Both the position numbers and the translations under genes were made by a program. A stretch of 48,416 nt of DNA, counting the filler, from Streblomastix strix (lineage: Eukaryota): NCBI GenBank assembly GCA_008636045.1. It is 2 parts of 2 records of this genome, joined end to end, with 100 filler letters (N's around TTAATTAATTAA, not from the genome) between each part and the next. Parts side by side here need not be neighbours in the genome. Positions count along the whole stretch, not along the records: positions 24,265 to 48,416 come from SNRW01000246.1; 1 more part is not named here. One strand, written 5' to 3'. The first letter of the stretch is position 1. Each line of letters begins with the position of its first letter. Under the pieces are notes generated by a model that made no database searches, had not been told where the DNA came from, and saw only the letters and a program-made list of their open reading frames with translations. Of the stretch, positions 27,250 to 40,200 are shown one piece after another.

Positions 27250-27537
27250 TCAAAGATCATTATCACCTTCATATTATAGATATCTAGATTCTTCAGCATC
27301 TCTTGCTACTCTAGTATTATGTATCTTACATTATTCGTTACTAAGCTGTTTCATTTCTTTAATATATTTATTTTTGTCCCTAACTATTTTAATATTTGCT
27401 TTATAATCATAGATTTGATCATCTGATAAGAATAATTAACAACTATCTAACTAAAGCATTTCATAATTATCATATGGAATATTACTTGTCAATGTTACCT
27501 CACCTTAATCATTTGTATGTACTATTTTTTAAGCCAT
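27250..27537 (-). CDS. orphan, 95 aa (MAQKIVHTNDQGEV...)
   Basis: Open frame with TAR=Gln, AAAATG start context. Confidence 0.5.
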
Positions 27538-27554
27538 TTTAAATAGGGAATAAA

Positions 27555-27761
27555 TCAAATAAATTTTACTAAGATAATTATCATATGTAAATTTACTATC
27601 ATTTCAAATATTATGTCTAATTCATTTTACATTGATTAAGTAACAATACTATCTGTTTCAGCAATAAATTAACGATTGTCCAGTTATTCTTTCAATCTGT
27701 AATAATCATGTGTCATGATATCATAAATTCTTTCAATACTTCTGAGATTATATGGATTCAT
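27555..27761 (-). CDS. orphan, 68 aa (MNPYNLRSIERIYD...)
   Basis: Open frame with TAR=Gln, AAAATG start context. Confidence 0.45.
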
Positions 27762-27790
27762 TTTTAATATAGGAACAAAAAATTAATTGA

Positions 27791-28417
27791 TCAATATAAA
27801 TCAAAATTAATATCTTTATCCTATTCTTTATACTAAACAGGTTCCTCTTAATATTCCTGAGGAGCTTAAACTTATTCAATTACTTATTCTTTTTCAATAA
27901 TCTATTTAGGTTACTTATATCATTTAACTTTTTATTTATATTTCTTTAATTGATTAACAGAATCTTAGTGCTATTGTTTAATAAATGAATTTTCAGTTCT
28001 CAATCTGATTAGTTCTTCCAAATCAAGTTGAGGATTAACATAATTAATTTATGGAGTTTTAGATGTTTTTACAACTCTTTTTCTAACTAATTTCTTTAAC
28101 TGTTTTTCTCTTACTTCGCCTATTGATATTTCATCGCTTTCATTTTAATCCTCCTACGGTTCATAAGATATAAAATCTTCTTCATCATCAATCTATTTTT
28201 AAGGTTATTTTTATACTTTTTTCTTTGGGTCAATTCTTCCTCCACGAGCTTATAACAATAACTTATTTTGTTATGTTTATGTTAATTTTTTAAGTGTCTT
28301 CTTTCCTTCTTCGAACACTTTTATATCTTTATTAATTTGGATTACATATCCATTGTCAAAGTATTCAATATTTGTTCTATTCTCTTTAAAATTCTTTAAT
28401 ACATGTTGTAAGTCCAT
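27791..28417 (-). pseudogene. conserved orphan Y (one internal TGA)
   Basis: Homologue of 19553-20179, same length (209 codons). Confidence 0.75.
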
Positions 28418-28440
28418 TTGAATATTTTTAAATAAAGAAA

Positions 28441-29163
28441 ATGATAAAGAGCATAGAAAGAAACTCAATTCGAATGTCAAAAACCAAAAAATAGATGTCT
28501 GAGATTAAGCATAAAGAATTAACGGATGAAGATAAAATAAGATTGCAATTGATTGATGATGCAATAAGCAGGATCAAGTCAATGCCTGCCATTGACGAAA
28601 CGACAAAACCCAAAGAAAATCCCACTTAAATTGGGAATGAAATTATTCAAGTAACACCTGAATAATTGATCCTTACAGAATAAAAAATTACTAAGTATAA
28701 GAGCAAATATAATAAAAATAAATATAAACAAATTGATAAAACAACTGCATAAGTTGACCCTGAAGAAGTAGTTAAAAACACTTATCTTTCTCATCGAAAT
28801 CTTGAAGTAATGAAATTCATTATTGACAAATTATGGGCTACAGTTATTGTAAGAAAAAGAGGTGATGATTTTATACTTTCATCAGATAATTTTATTAAAC
28901 TTTGGTCATTAATCACTTAAGAGAATGAAGATGATATTGAAATTGTATTAGAAGAACCGTTAATGAGATCCCATTCGTGCATAGGTAAATCATATAAAAA
29001 GAAAGATTTGATAAAAGTAATGGATCTACTAATTAAAAATATTGGTATATCTGTCATAGATAATGTATTATTTAATTCTATTAGGAAACTGTATCGAATC
29101 AACTAGGATTTTGCACGTTTGTCTGATGCACCAACATCAGAGATTTCCAAAGATGATTTTTGA
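28441..29163 (+). CDS. conserved orphan X (240 aa)
   Basis: Open with TAR=Gln; homologue of 18754-19512. Confidence 0.75.
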
Positions 29164-29215
29164 AATAATTTAGCTGTCTATTTTTTACATTTAATTATTT
29201 TTATCGACAACAAAA

Positions 29216-29629
29216 ATGCTTTCACAATTAGAAATAGCCAAAGGTAAATTCCTTGTTCATCCTCAAATTATACCGAAGGAAATATACATTGAACCTATAT
29301 ATTAATGTAGTGATGATTTCTATTAACGAACATTAAATAAAAATAACAAACCTTACTATAAGTTACTAAAACGATACGGTACTAGCCCAAGTTATCCATA
29401 ATAAATTTACATAATGATTGAGAAGAGAAATAATGAACATATTGATGACACAATTAAATAGTATAACTAACAGATGAAAGTCTTACATGATAATATGGAT
29501 ATAGGTATAAAATATCGTGAATTGAAAGAAGCAGTTGAATAAATGTAAACTCAAACAAAATATATTTAATATAACTAATATGGAGTTAAATCCACAGTTA
29601 ATGGTATAGATTATTATGATAATGAATGA
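29216..29629 (+). CDS. orphan, 137 aa (MLSQLEIAKGKFLVHP...)
   Basis: Open frame with TAR=Gln, preceded by TTATTTTT...AAAAATG. Confidence 0.6.
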
Positions 29630-29653
29630 TCGTTGATTATTTTTGTAATAAAA

Positions 29654-30411
29654 ATGGAATAGTAATTAAGCGATTTAGATATGATTAATGAGGACGAATA
29701 GATTAATTAGTAAGAATAGGTAAGTAAAATAATATAGTAATAAGAGGAGTAATAAAAATAAAATAAAGAACATAACATATTATTATAAGTTATTGATAAT
29801 GAAATTATTAAGTATTTAATTTTTTGAGTTAGTTCTTTAGGAATTCTATCGATTTTGTTAATCTACATATTGACCAGATTATTCGTGGGGTTATGACATT
29901 TTTATCACCTATCATAGTTGGTAAAATTATTAAATAAGGTGGTACAAGCAACTAAATTCTATTAGCTAATGGAGATACTATTGATAAAGATAAGTTAGAC
30001 TATGAATCTATTGAAGATGCAACTTATTAATCAATTGCTTATGGAATGTATGAACGTTTAATTTAGGATACATTTACAACTTAAAACAGTAGAGTATATA
30101 TATCGTTGTAAGTAACTCATTCTGACCCTAATACATTAACGGAATCAGGATATACTATGTTTTCTATTATTAATAATGCTATAAAGTCAAAATTCACAGG
30201 ACCACCACATAACATTCCCATAAATGCTATGATGTTTGCATAAAAGGTAATAGGTTACCCTATATGTTGGAATTGCGCTATTCCTATAGATTGCTTCATT
30301 AATCCTAATGAAAATGTGGTAATAAATACATAGAGCCAGCTTCATTTACCTGATGATTTTTGTTTTCAATTTTGTGATTCTTATGTAATTCATAATTAAT
30401 CAGCTAATTGA
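29654..30411 (+). pseudogene. short fibre-like protein (frameshift in a T-run near 29821)
   Basis: GGTSNQILLANGDTIDKDKLDYE and the rest of the C-domain align closely with 17941-18711. Confidence 0.7.
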
Positions 30412-30430
30412 CAAATTTAAAAATAAACAA

Positions 30431-30577
30431 ATGGATCCCTTCGGTCTTGCAAGCTAAGGATTTAATGCGGCAATCATTTATGCTCTTGACTAATTGAACA
30501 TTTACTGGCATGCTATCTTAAAGACTATATGGGAAGCAGCTATTAAATATGCATGCTAATCAAAGATTTGCCGTTGA
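30431..30577 (+). CDS. orphan peptide, 48 aa (MDPFGLASQGFNAAIIYALDQL...)
   Basis: Fills the space between the short fibre and the capsid gene; open with TAR=Gln. Confidence 0.45.
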
Positions 30578-30597
30578 AAAATAAATTTATTTTTGTT

Positions 30598-32580
30598 TCA
30601 TTGAGGCTTAATAGCTCCACCAGCAAGCACACCAATTATATCGATATTTAGTACTTATGGCATTGAACTTTCATCAAATATAATTCTAACAAACGCATCA
30701 CACGAGTAGTGCAACATTGGTGTAATAGATACTTTAGTAGGTTCAGTATATGCTCTAGTTCCAATGAATTATATGAAATCATTTTAGTTCTATAATGGAT
30801 TTATATTAGTTGTGTCAGTTATTCCTTTAGTAAAATTTCCTTACAAAATAACTTATATATTAGTTCTTGATCCTATCTTTGAATTGTTATATCCTCGGAT
30901 AAATGAATTATCAGTAGCCAATTTCCATGCAAGCATATATTTGTTAGAATATAGTGTTTTAATAGCTTTACTTCCACTATACAATGTTGTTAAATAGAAT
31001 ATGTTAGCTGTTTTATATTAGTCGGTATTATTTATCAATCCGTAGTAATTTTTCTTATCATCAATATTCAAGTTCTCGAATGTAATTGAATGATATAGAT
31101 CTAAAGGAGCACTAACAACATCTTAATCAACGAAGAAATCAAACATTTATCCATTAGTTGCTTAATTTAATGATTTATATGGCTATGGGATAACATTATT
31201 CTAATCAATAACTAGATTAATTCTTGTGAATAATACAGGGAAAAACCATGTAGGATTTTAGGGCATAGCAAATGTCATAAATAGTGACTTTATATTAGAG
31301 AATGACATAATGCTTTACATTGATCCACTACCTTTATCAAATCCACTAAATGGGAAGTTCGATGATTATGTTCTAAATACTTAAGTAGGAAAATTAATTA
31401 TTTTTTGTTATTGAATCAGAATAATTATAGCTTCTTCATTTTCAATATTAAAGCATACGTTCTAAATCTCCAACACATCGAATTTAGCTGTCCCAATTTA
31501 ACTAATTGAATTTTGTGGTACTTTATCACCAATAGCCACATTTCACATATTTACAATTCTTACATTATTTCTAAGATATTCAAGTCCAGTGGAATCTTCT
31601 CCTGCTAAAAGATAAACAATATTAGGTTTTTCAGGAGGAATCATATGATAAGCTAAATGATTATTCATTATAGGGTCATTTTTATTAAGCCAAACAACCT
31701 TCAAATCTTATAGGAGATCTTAAATCTATAAAAATTGATGTAATATTGCATAATTACGTGTAAGAACAGGGAATGAATTAAATATAGGATTTAGTTAGTT
31801 ATGATCAAGTACTCCACTAAATGTAATATCACAAGGTATTCTATAATAGAAAGGTGTTCCAACTGTAGCAGCAATAGCTTATCTATCAATTTTTCAAAGT
31901 TGGATATCAATAAATACTCCACAATGACGTTTTCCTTCAATTATACTTTCAAGATGTGATACGCTAACACTATTTTTAGTACACAAATCACTAAGAGAAC
32001 TCCGACTAATTACAGCTTATTCTCGTGCATAGAATGCTGATCCCCAAAATGCTGTTGCATCTTTCAGTAATTAGAATTGGTAGAATGGTTCACATGCTGT
32101 TGAGAAACCGATCCAAAATTATAGAAGTTCTCATGATTCAATTCCGCCTGCTGTTTTACCATAATATCCTTATGACGCTTATGACATATTTGTAGTCCAA
32201 TCGGCTGTCGGATCTTCATTACCATTGAAATTAGTTCGTGCGACTAATTTACCTGCAGTATTGCATTCATTAAATGTTTTATTTAATTATATCGCTAATG
32301 TATTTGCTGGTATAGTAATTGTCCAATTTACCTAACAAGTTTATACCACTGAACATGCAGATTTACCTCCTGCTCCTAACAATACTCTAGTATATTTAAC
32401 TCCACTAGATATAAGTTCAGTAATAGGAGAATAGAAAAAATTTTATTTTGATATTTCAAATGATTGAGGATGGATAGATAATGTTTTTATAACTTCCCCA
32501 AGTTACATATATCCGCTAACGTAATCAGGATGTTGCATTTTTGCTAATCGTCCAAGATAATCATTGGATTTGAAAGACAT
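30598..32580 (-). pseudogene. putative major capsid protein (660 codons, three internal TGAs)
   Basis: Largest unassigned beta-rich ORF in an element that has a packaging ATPase. Shares an identical 23-nt leader with the penton-like gene. The jelly-roll fold is inferred, not shown. Confidence 0.6.
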
Positions 32581-32600
32581 TTCATTGAAACAAAAATAAA
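32578..32600 (-). promoter_or_regulatory. 23-nt leader TTTATTTTTGTTTCAATGAAATG of the MCP-like gene
   Basis: Identical to 43330-43352; ends in the start ATG. Confidence 0.65.
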
Positions 32601-32645
32601 TGAACTGATAAGATGTTTATGTTAAAAGTTTCTATAATAAATCAA

Positions 32646-32852
32646 ATGGGTTATTTCTCTGGAATAGCAAATTTTGGGTCGAAAATATTAGGTGGCGTTA
32701 AGAAAACAGCATAATGGGTTGTACCAGCATTACATAAAGTTTTATCCACAATATCAGGTCCTGTTGATATGATTCATCCTGCTATTGGAAGTGCATTAGG
32801 TGCATGAGCTAATCACGCAGGTGCTGTTGATCGACTTGTAAATAAACGCTGA
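32646..32852 (+). CDS. small amphipathic peptide resembling the adenovirus protein VI lytic helix (68 codons, one internal TGA)
   Basis: MGYFSGIANFGSKILGGVKKTAQWVVPALHKVLSTISGPV... versus adenovirus pVI WSGIKNFGS. Confidence 0.6.
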
Positions 32853-32880
32853 TCTTGTCATAATTTATTTATAAAGAAAT

Positions 32881-35106
32881 ATGAACAATTCACTATCCCA
32901 ACAATAAATCCGTACAGTTAGATAACTTATCACTAACGATATTGCTTACTATATTCAATATTAGAAACGAGGTAATTCTAGTGGTGGAATGATATCAATT
33001 GAAGAATACTAATTATTCATAGATAATAACAATGCATTAGTCTATGCAGCTAACAATTAAATCGTTGATGGAATGGCATCAGATTACGCATTAAAAAATT
33101 GAACCTAATGGGTTGCAAACAATAAAAAATTGAAAGTGATTAATTTTGATTTTGTTGCATAGATTAATTGGCTGATTAATTAAGTGAATTTACTATAACA
33201 ATCAATTTGAACAACTGAAAAGGATATCACTGATATAAAAAATGATATTGATAATATTAATCAAGAACTATCCCGATAAACACATTTCAGAGGTTATTAT
33301 TTATTGAATGCAGATATATAAAATTTACCTAATTCCGCTAATGGAGATTTTGCTTTTAATACAGAAAGTGGAACAGTTTGGATGTATGATTAAAATTGTT
33401 ATAATAGTGGAGATATAGTACCTGATCAAGTAACTCCTGCAAGTGATACATTACCATTAGTTGATGGTACAGCAGCTGCAGGAACTAGTACAGAATATTC
33501 ACGTGGGGATCATGTTCATCCACTAAATGTAACGACTACTATTCCACCCAGTGATAGAGCTAGTGGATCAGTTGGTACAACTAATTTTTATGCAAGAAAC
33601 GATCATTCTTATCCCCTCAATATAACAACTTCAATACCCCCACAAGATAGTTCTAGAGGATTAGTTGGAACAACTAATTATTATGCTAGAAACGATCATT
33701 CACATCCAATTAATGTAGAAACTAATGCTTCAAATATCCCAATTGTTAAGGGTGTTGGTACTAATGGAACATCAGCTTTTTATGCTAGACAAGATCACGT
33801 TCATCTTTAATAATTAACATAAGATGGAAATGTTACTGCAACAAAATTTATTAAGACATGTGGAACTGCTTCAGAAGTGTTATGAGCTAATGGTGATACA
33901 ACTACAATAGATAGTAAATTTTCAAGGACATATTCTAGTGAAGCAGGTGGATATATTCGATTATATGTATTTCCAACAGGAACTAGCACTGGAGCACCAT
34001 ATATATAATTCTAAATATAATGTGATACAAACGCTATGCAAACTATTGATTTGGTCCCTAATTATACCGTTAATGGAATTGTTGATCTTTATAGCAATAT
34101 TACTGCTCCAACTTATGTATTAACTGGATATAATATATACTATAGAGTTGATTAGCTATTATATACTCATATAGGATCATATTCTTCTGCTGTATATACT
34201 GCATGGATTCATACGATGACAGGTAGCGGAGGTGTAACTGTTACTGTTAGTAAATAAAGCACATACTGGGTTACTCGAGTTACTGATATATTAACATAAG
34301 ATATTGTCACATAAATCGCAGGATCATAAACATAGATTCTAATTTCATATGATTTAGGTAATGGTGGAATAATAAATAATATGCTATATGTTAACCCATT
34401 AAATCGATCTTATATTACTTATAATAATGGAATTAGAATAGGAAATTATAATAATTATTCAGCATTATATTTAGGTGGTTCAACTACAGCTATAAATACT
34501 ACACAAACTGGTTAATGGGAGATAAGTAAAACAAATGATAATGTTCTGTCAATTAACCAATCTACTCTACGATAGGCAGATCATAGTGTTGGATTAAGTA
34601 TTATCGGAGATTGTACATAATTAAAATTTAATAATGTTGACTTATCTGCAAGGGTATCGAATGCTGTATAAAAGACTGGATAAGAATTATAAGTAATTGA
34701 AGGAACAATTAGGAAAAAAGATGATGATGAAGAATCGATTGCCGGTGAATATTTGACCAGAAAAGAGATAAATGATAATTATGTTAGTATAACAGGTGAT
34801 TAAACAATTACAGGTAGAAAAGCATTTAATGGTGTATTCTAGGTAAATCCGACTGGTACAAATTATAATGAAAGAATCTGAATAGCAAAATCAACTAATA
34901 GATTAAGTTAAATATTCTTTGGTGTTGATCCAGCTTAATATAGTGGATAATTATATGTTTAATGGGCTGCTGGCATCATGATCAGATAAGATACTATGTC
35001 ATAAGAATTTGTAATTTGTTTGACATCAGATTTTGGAAACGATAATAGAGGATTACGTATCTCAGCTGATGGAAATACATTAACATTCAGTGGTCGAACC
35101 CTTTGA
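32881..35106 (+). pseudogene. long phage-like fibre protein (741 codons, at least three internal TGAs)
   Basis: Coiled coil, four YxRxDHx(H/Y)(P/L) repeats, GTASEVL.ANGD, QTITGRKAF, and two VNP....YN..I(R)I modules. Confidence 0.75.
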
Positions 35107-35126
35107 TTAATTTATTTTTGAAATAA

Positions 35127-35585
35127 ATGGAAAAAGCTATAACATAACCAATCAAACAATTATTCAATGAATTAGTTAAATATCATTTCTAAGACAATGA
35201 TACAATTAAAGTTACAATTGAAGCATTATAAAATTTGTTAAAGAATGATGTAAAAGAATCAATCCATCCATTACTCTAGGAATTAATGAGAATCAATAAA
35301 ATGTTCACTAATCAATTGCAATAATTATAAAATATAAAGAATATGGTTGATGAAGAAGATTATAAAAATAAGCTATTTAATGAATAGGATAAGTACTTTA
35401 AAAATAAATATCTACTATTCAAAAATTCATTAGATCTAAACAATTAACTACACAAAATAAAGAATTACATTATTTCTGAAGCTAGTGAAGAAGAAAAATA
35501 GATTTATAATTAGTTTGTGAATGATGAGTAATACAGTAACTTTGTCAATTACTATTAACTTAATTTAAAATAATAAGATTGTTGA
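35127..35585 (+). CDS. orphan, 152 aa, helical
   Basis: Open with TAR=Gln; leader TTTATTTTTGAAATAAATG. Confidence 0.6.
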
Positions 35586-35793
35586 TATATTATATGTATT
35601 TGATTATCTCTTCAATTTAATCTTGGATTGGTTCAATGAAAGTATAATGTTTTTTGAATTAGTAATACAATTATTTTTCTTATTAATCAAAGTCATTTGT
35701 CTCGATTAGGGCTTCGAATATTTTGAATATCTCATAATCTGTTGCACAATACTTTAAACTAATGTTTGTAGCCAACTAATACAATTATTCCAT
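35545..35793 (-). CDS. orphan, 82 aa (MEQLYQLATNISLKYC...)
   Basis: Open with TAR=Gln; 3' end overlaps the convergent neighbour. Confidence 0.45.
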
Positions 35794-35803
35794 TTAATTA
35801 ATT

Positions 35804-36172
35804 TCAAACAATTTATTTATTGGGTTAATTTAACATTTTAAGATATAGGATATATCTCCAATGAGTTACCTATTCCAAGTTTTTATTAGCTATTTCTTCG
35901 TTCAGAAATATTTCGATTTATTCTACAGATAGTTATGACCAATGAATGCGTGGTTAATTTTTATCCATTTTTCATTTACAAAAGAATTGTATAATGAAAA
36001 TCGTTATATTTAATGGGACCAATACTATATCGAAATAACTCCATAAGGTTTTTATTACATTAACTGTATCAATCAATTTATTAGGTATGGATACTGATAT
36101 GATTGATGTTATAAAATTAACGCCATAGAACATGTAATTCATTATACTTATGATCAAATTTAAATTGCTCAT
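35804..36172 (-). pseudogene. membrane protein, split by one TGA at 35972-35974
   Basis: Both halves are in frame and align with the uninterrupted 17474-17872. Confidence 0.7.
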
Positions 36173-36219
36173 TTAAACTTTTTCTAAAGTTTAGAATCTT
36201 CGATTATATTATTTTTAAA

Positions 36220-37235
36220 ATGACACTACAAAAATTATAAGATATAACATTTACTAATCAAGATCTATTGAACGAATATAATACTAAGCCATTAATGAAG
36301 AATTCACTGTTCCTTATTAATGGTAATGATTATATTGTTGGAGCTGTTGGAAGTGGCAAAACAACATTAATGTGTAAGCTAGTTGTGGCATATAAGAAAA
36401 TCATTGATCCATTCATATTATACTTCTCGAATTATGGTGCAGATGAAACTATGTCATTAATCCTTAATAGTAATAACATATAACTAATGAATGTAACTTA
36501 TGGAGAAGCAATGTTATTTCTACCTGAATTTGATGAGATAAAATAATCGACTAAGGAGATGTATACATGGTACAAAATGATTGAGTAAAAATAATCATAT
36601 ACTAGTGATTTCATTAAGAGAATGGAAGAATTAATAATATAAAATAATGAGATTAAAAAGAATGAAAAACTTAATGATTATCTTAATAAAATTGCTGAAC
36701 TATTCAAATAAAAAGTAATCGAAACCATTAATACATATAGCTAACCAACCAAAATATTGAGATTCGATCTCCCCGCGCTAATTCAAAACGTTAGTTACTA
36801 AAAGAAATTCAAAATAGTCGATAAAGATCAACTTTATGTAAAAATATTGAAAATACCTATATTAGAAAAAGCGTAATTATTAAATACATTAATGATATTC
36901 GATGATATTGGATCTAATGCAGATATACAACGATTCAGTTCATAATTATCTAAAACAATACCACATTTCGTTAGTGATTCGCTTTATTCAAAAAATACTA
37001 TTTTCTTTATAGCTTAACGTCCTACATATTTGTTCAAGACAGCGAGAATATAAACCCACGTAATTTGCTTAGGCGTGCACTTAGGTGAAACTGATCTAAG
37101 ATAAGTGTACGATGAAAATACCTATAAAATTTGGATTTTGATGAATTCCAATTACTATACAACACATTAAAGAAATATGAGTTTATTATTCTGAATAAGT
37201 GGCTCGGAAAATTTGAGATTCTCAAAAATAAATGA
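36220..37235 (+). pseudogene. A32-like packaging ATPase (frameshift near 37120)
   Basis: GAVGSGKTT, LMIFDDIG, FFIAQRP; aligns end to end with 16419-17450. The SRH motif is changed to SLY. Confidence 0.9.
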
Positions 37236-37239
37236 ATCT

Positions 37240-40200
37240 TCATTCATATGAATAATCATATGCAGTTAATCCAAATAAATAAGGACAGCATGATTCATTT
37301 TCTAGCACGATAGCTTTTGTATGAATTCCTGTGATTCCATTTTTCTCAATTGATAATTAGCTCATCTAATGATTCTTCTATCCCAATCTCATATTAGTGC
37401 ATTTTGTTATCTTGCCTTCATTAATGCAATCGACTATCTACTCTTTAGTTAACTTATTAGGTTTATAATTAACACCTTTCAATTTTATTTTTGAATTAGC
37501 ACAGTAGTTTGTTTCTATCATGTAATTTTTAGGAGCTAATGCAATCATTGATATTCCTTATCTTTCGATCACTAATCCTAATATCTTCTTCTCATCATAT
37601 ACGTCTCCTCTAATGCTTGAAAAGAAATAGTTAGCATTATCGTTATAAAAATCTGAGGTTTTAATAATAGCATTAAATTATTACGTAAAATCTTCATTAG
37701 GATTTCCGCTAATTGCCCAATAAGCTGAATTAGTATCTTCTTCAATAAAATGTATCCTATTCATATCTAAGCATTTATACATGAAGTTATATGTGAAGTT
37801 TGGATACCAATATTTAGCGTTATCTAATACAAAGAATGCTAATTATAAAGGAGTTTTACAACTACAATGCTCTGGGTTCATTTATACAATATAACTGTCT
37901 TCAGATATCTTTTACTCATCCATGAACGCATTAGATCTAATAGCTCTTTCTGTTTACTTTCTATTCATTATTTTAACTTTATGATATTTCTCTGTATTCA
38001 TTCCATCACTACCATATGAGCTATTCATAACTATCTTAAAGAATTATTCTTATCCCTTATTCTCATCTAATTTAACTTTAATCCTGTTTTTAGTAAATTC
38101 CTTAATAAATAAAATGATTTAATCATGTTTATTGAATAACACTATCTATTTCACATCATAAATAATAAAATGACAATCGTCGATTAAGAATCATAAATAG
38201 TATGAGCTAAATGCCATATATTTTCCCATAGTTGATGATAGATTAGTTAGTTTTCTTTATTTTTGATCAGTCTTAATCGTATTGTCTTTCATATGTTTAT
38301 ACATATAACTACCGATAGTTCTTTCATCAGTTGTGAATTCATAATTCCTTAGAATAAGTGGAAAATTAGTGTAATCGTTAAGGTAATTCTCTTAAATATG
38401 ACCTTTAACTTCTGCGATGAATAATTGACCATCAGCTGTAAATCTATTTGTGCTATTAATTATTCTTAATATTGTTTATTTTGAATGATCTCTATCTCCT
38501 TCAATCTTTGCTGTTTATGATCCACAAATATACATTTTTACTCCTGTATATTTAATAAATTTATGTGGCTCTGATGATATAACGCTAGGATATAAAGAAT
38601 TAAAATCAACACCAACTACATGAGTAATTCGATGATCAGTTGTTAGAACTGTTACTTTCTTGGCTTCCTTGTTATAATATAATCGTTTAATAAAATCAAT
38701 TCCTGATCTATTGACTCGTTGTATTACATTTGATTACCCTCCAGTTATTCCTGATCAGATTAAATGATATACATCAATATCTGTAAGGTTAATTAGCAAA
38801 CATTTTATCATGCAAAATTTACGTAATTATATGAACAATTTACTTATATTTTTATCTTTGTTAGAACAGAAGCAATTGCAATATAAACAGCAAGGCTAAA
38901 CGTTATCTTTTGAATGACCTTTTAAATTGTCGATTCTGTCTAATGTTGGCTTATTGGCAAAAGTGAATTTACATCCGCAAATGCAGCAATTAGAATCTTT
39001 GAATAATTGTTTGAAATAATCTAAATCCTTATCTAATACATTAACTATTGTGTCTCTTCTTTAATATTTATCTTAGATTTGATATCCCCACACTTTACTC
39101 TATCAATAGTTCTCAGTTAAGTAAAATTTCTATGATAAATCTTCAAAATTAGGATACACTCCATTAATATCAAAATCCTCATAGGCTTTAGCATATTTGA
39201 TAGCATTAGAGCATGCTGCCATACTCATGAAACTAAACATATCAATTTTATATTTAAATTGTAAGCTAATGAGAGTCATTAATGGTTTGATCATAATATA
39301 AGTATCTTATTCATTATAGAATTATAAGTTATCCCATCTATTTTTATATCGTTTTGCATCTTCTAGATAAATCTAATAATCCTTCTAACTAATTTTTGTT
39401 TTCTTTAATGATGAATTGAAATCTTCCATCGTAAATGGTTCTGATTTGCTAAGTGTATCATTAACGTTATCGGTGTTAAAAGTTTCATAAGGAAATAAGC
39501 CTTTTATATCATCATATCCATCCTCAAAATCTTTGGCTGCTTACTTTAATTCCATAGGTTAAAGATACGTTAACATATCAACAAATTTCACTTTCAAATT
39601 CAATTTCTTATGATGTACAATTACTTGCTTAGCTGTTGAAGCGCTACCTATATAATTACTAATTGTCCAATCTTTACATTACATATATGATATGATTAAT
39701 GATATATCAAATCTTGAGCTATTAAATCCAACAATTGGTACTTCCATTGAATAAGGAATTGTTTCATCAATGGTACAGGCTTCTGTTATGTATTAGTTGT
39801 CAGCATTAACTTACTCAGCTTCTTTAAACAATTAATTTAACCATTAGACTATAAAATCATCTCAATCCTATTAGCTAAAAAAGATTTTCTTAATACCATA
39901 TTTGATACGAATAGTTGAAGCAACTGATAAAGGAAATAGCTCATACATTTAATAACTTGATTTAATGAACTTTTTATTAACGATTTTAGGTACTGTTTCA
40001 AGATCATATATGATGAAATATTGTGTAGGTTTAAACTCATGTTATCTTCCATTTGCTAATAGATATTGCTTAGTTTTGTTCTGCATAATGTGTAGGACAA
40101 ATGGCTTTTAGATAAAGTCCAGTTTAACTTTCTTAACTATTTTTCTTTCGTTATTTTCACATTTAATAATGTGTTTCTCATAGTCTCTTGAATAATTTTT

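Noticed and set aside
33480..33810. Regularly spaced GATCAT-containing repeats as a CRISPR-like array
   Set aside because: They are degenerate protein-level RxDHxHP repeats in frame within the fibre gene; no cas genes are present.
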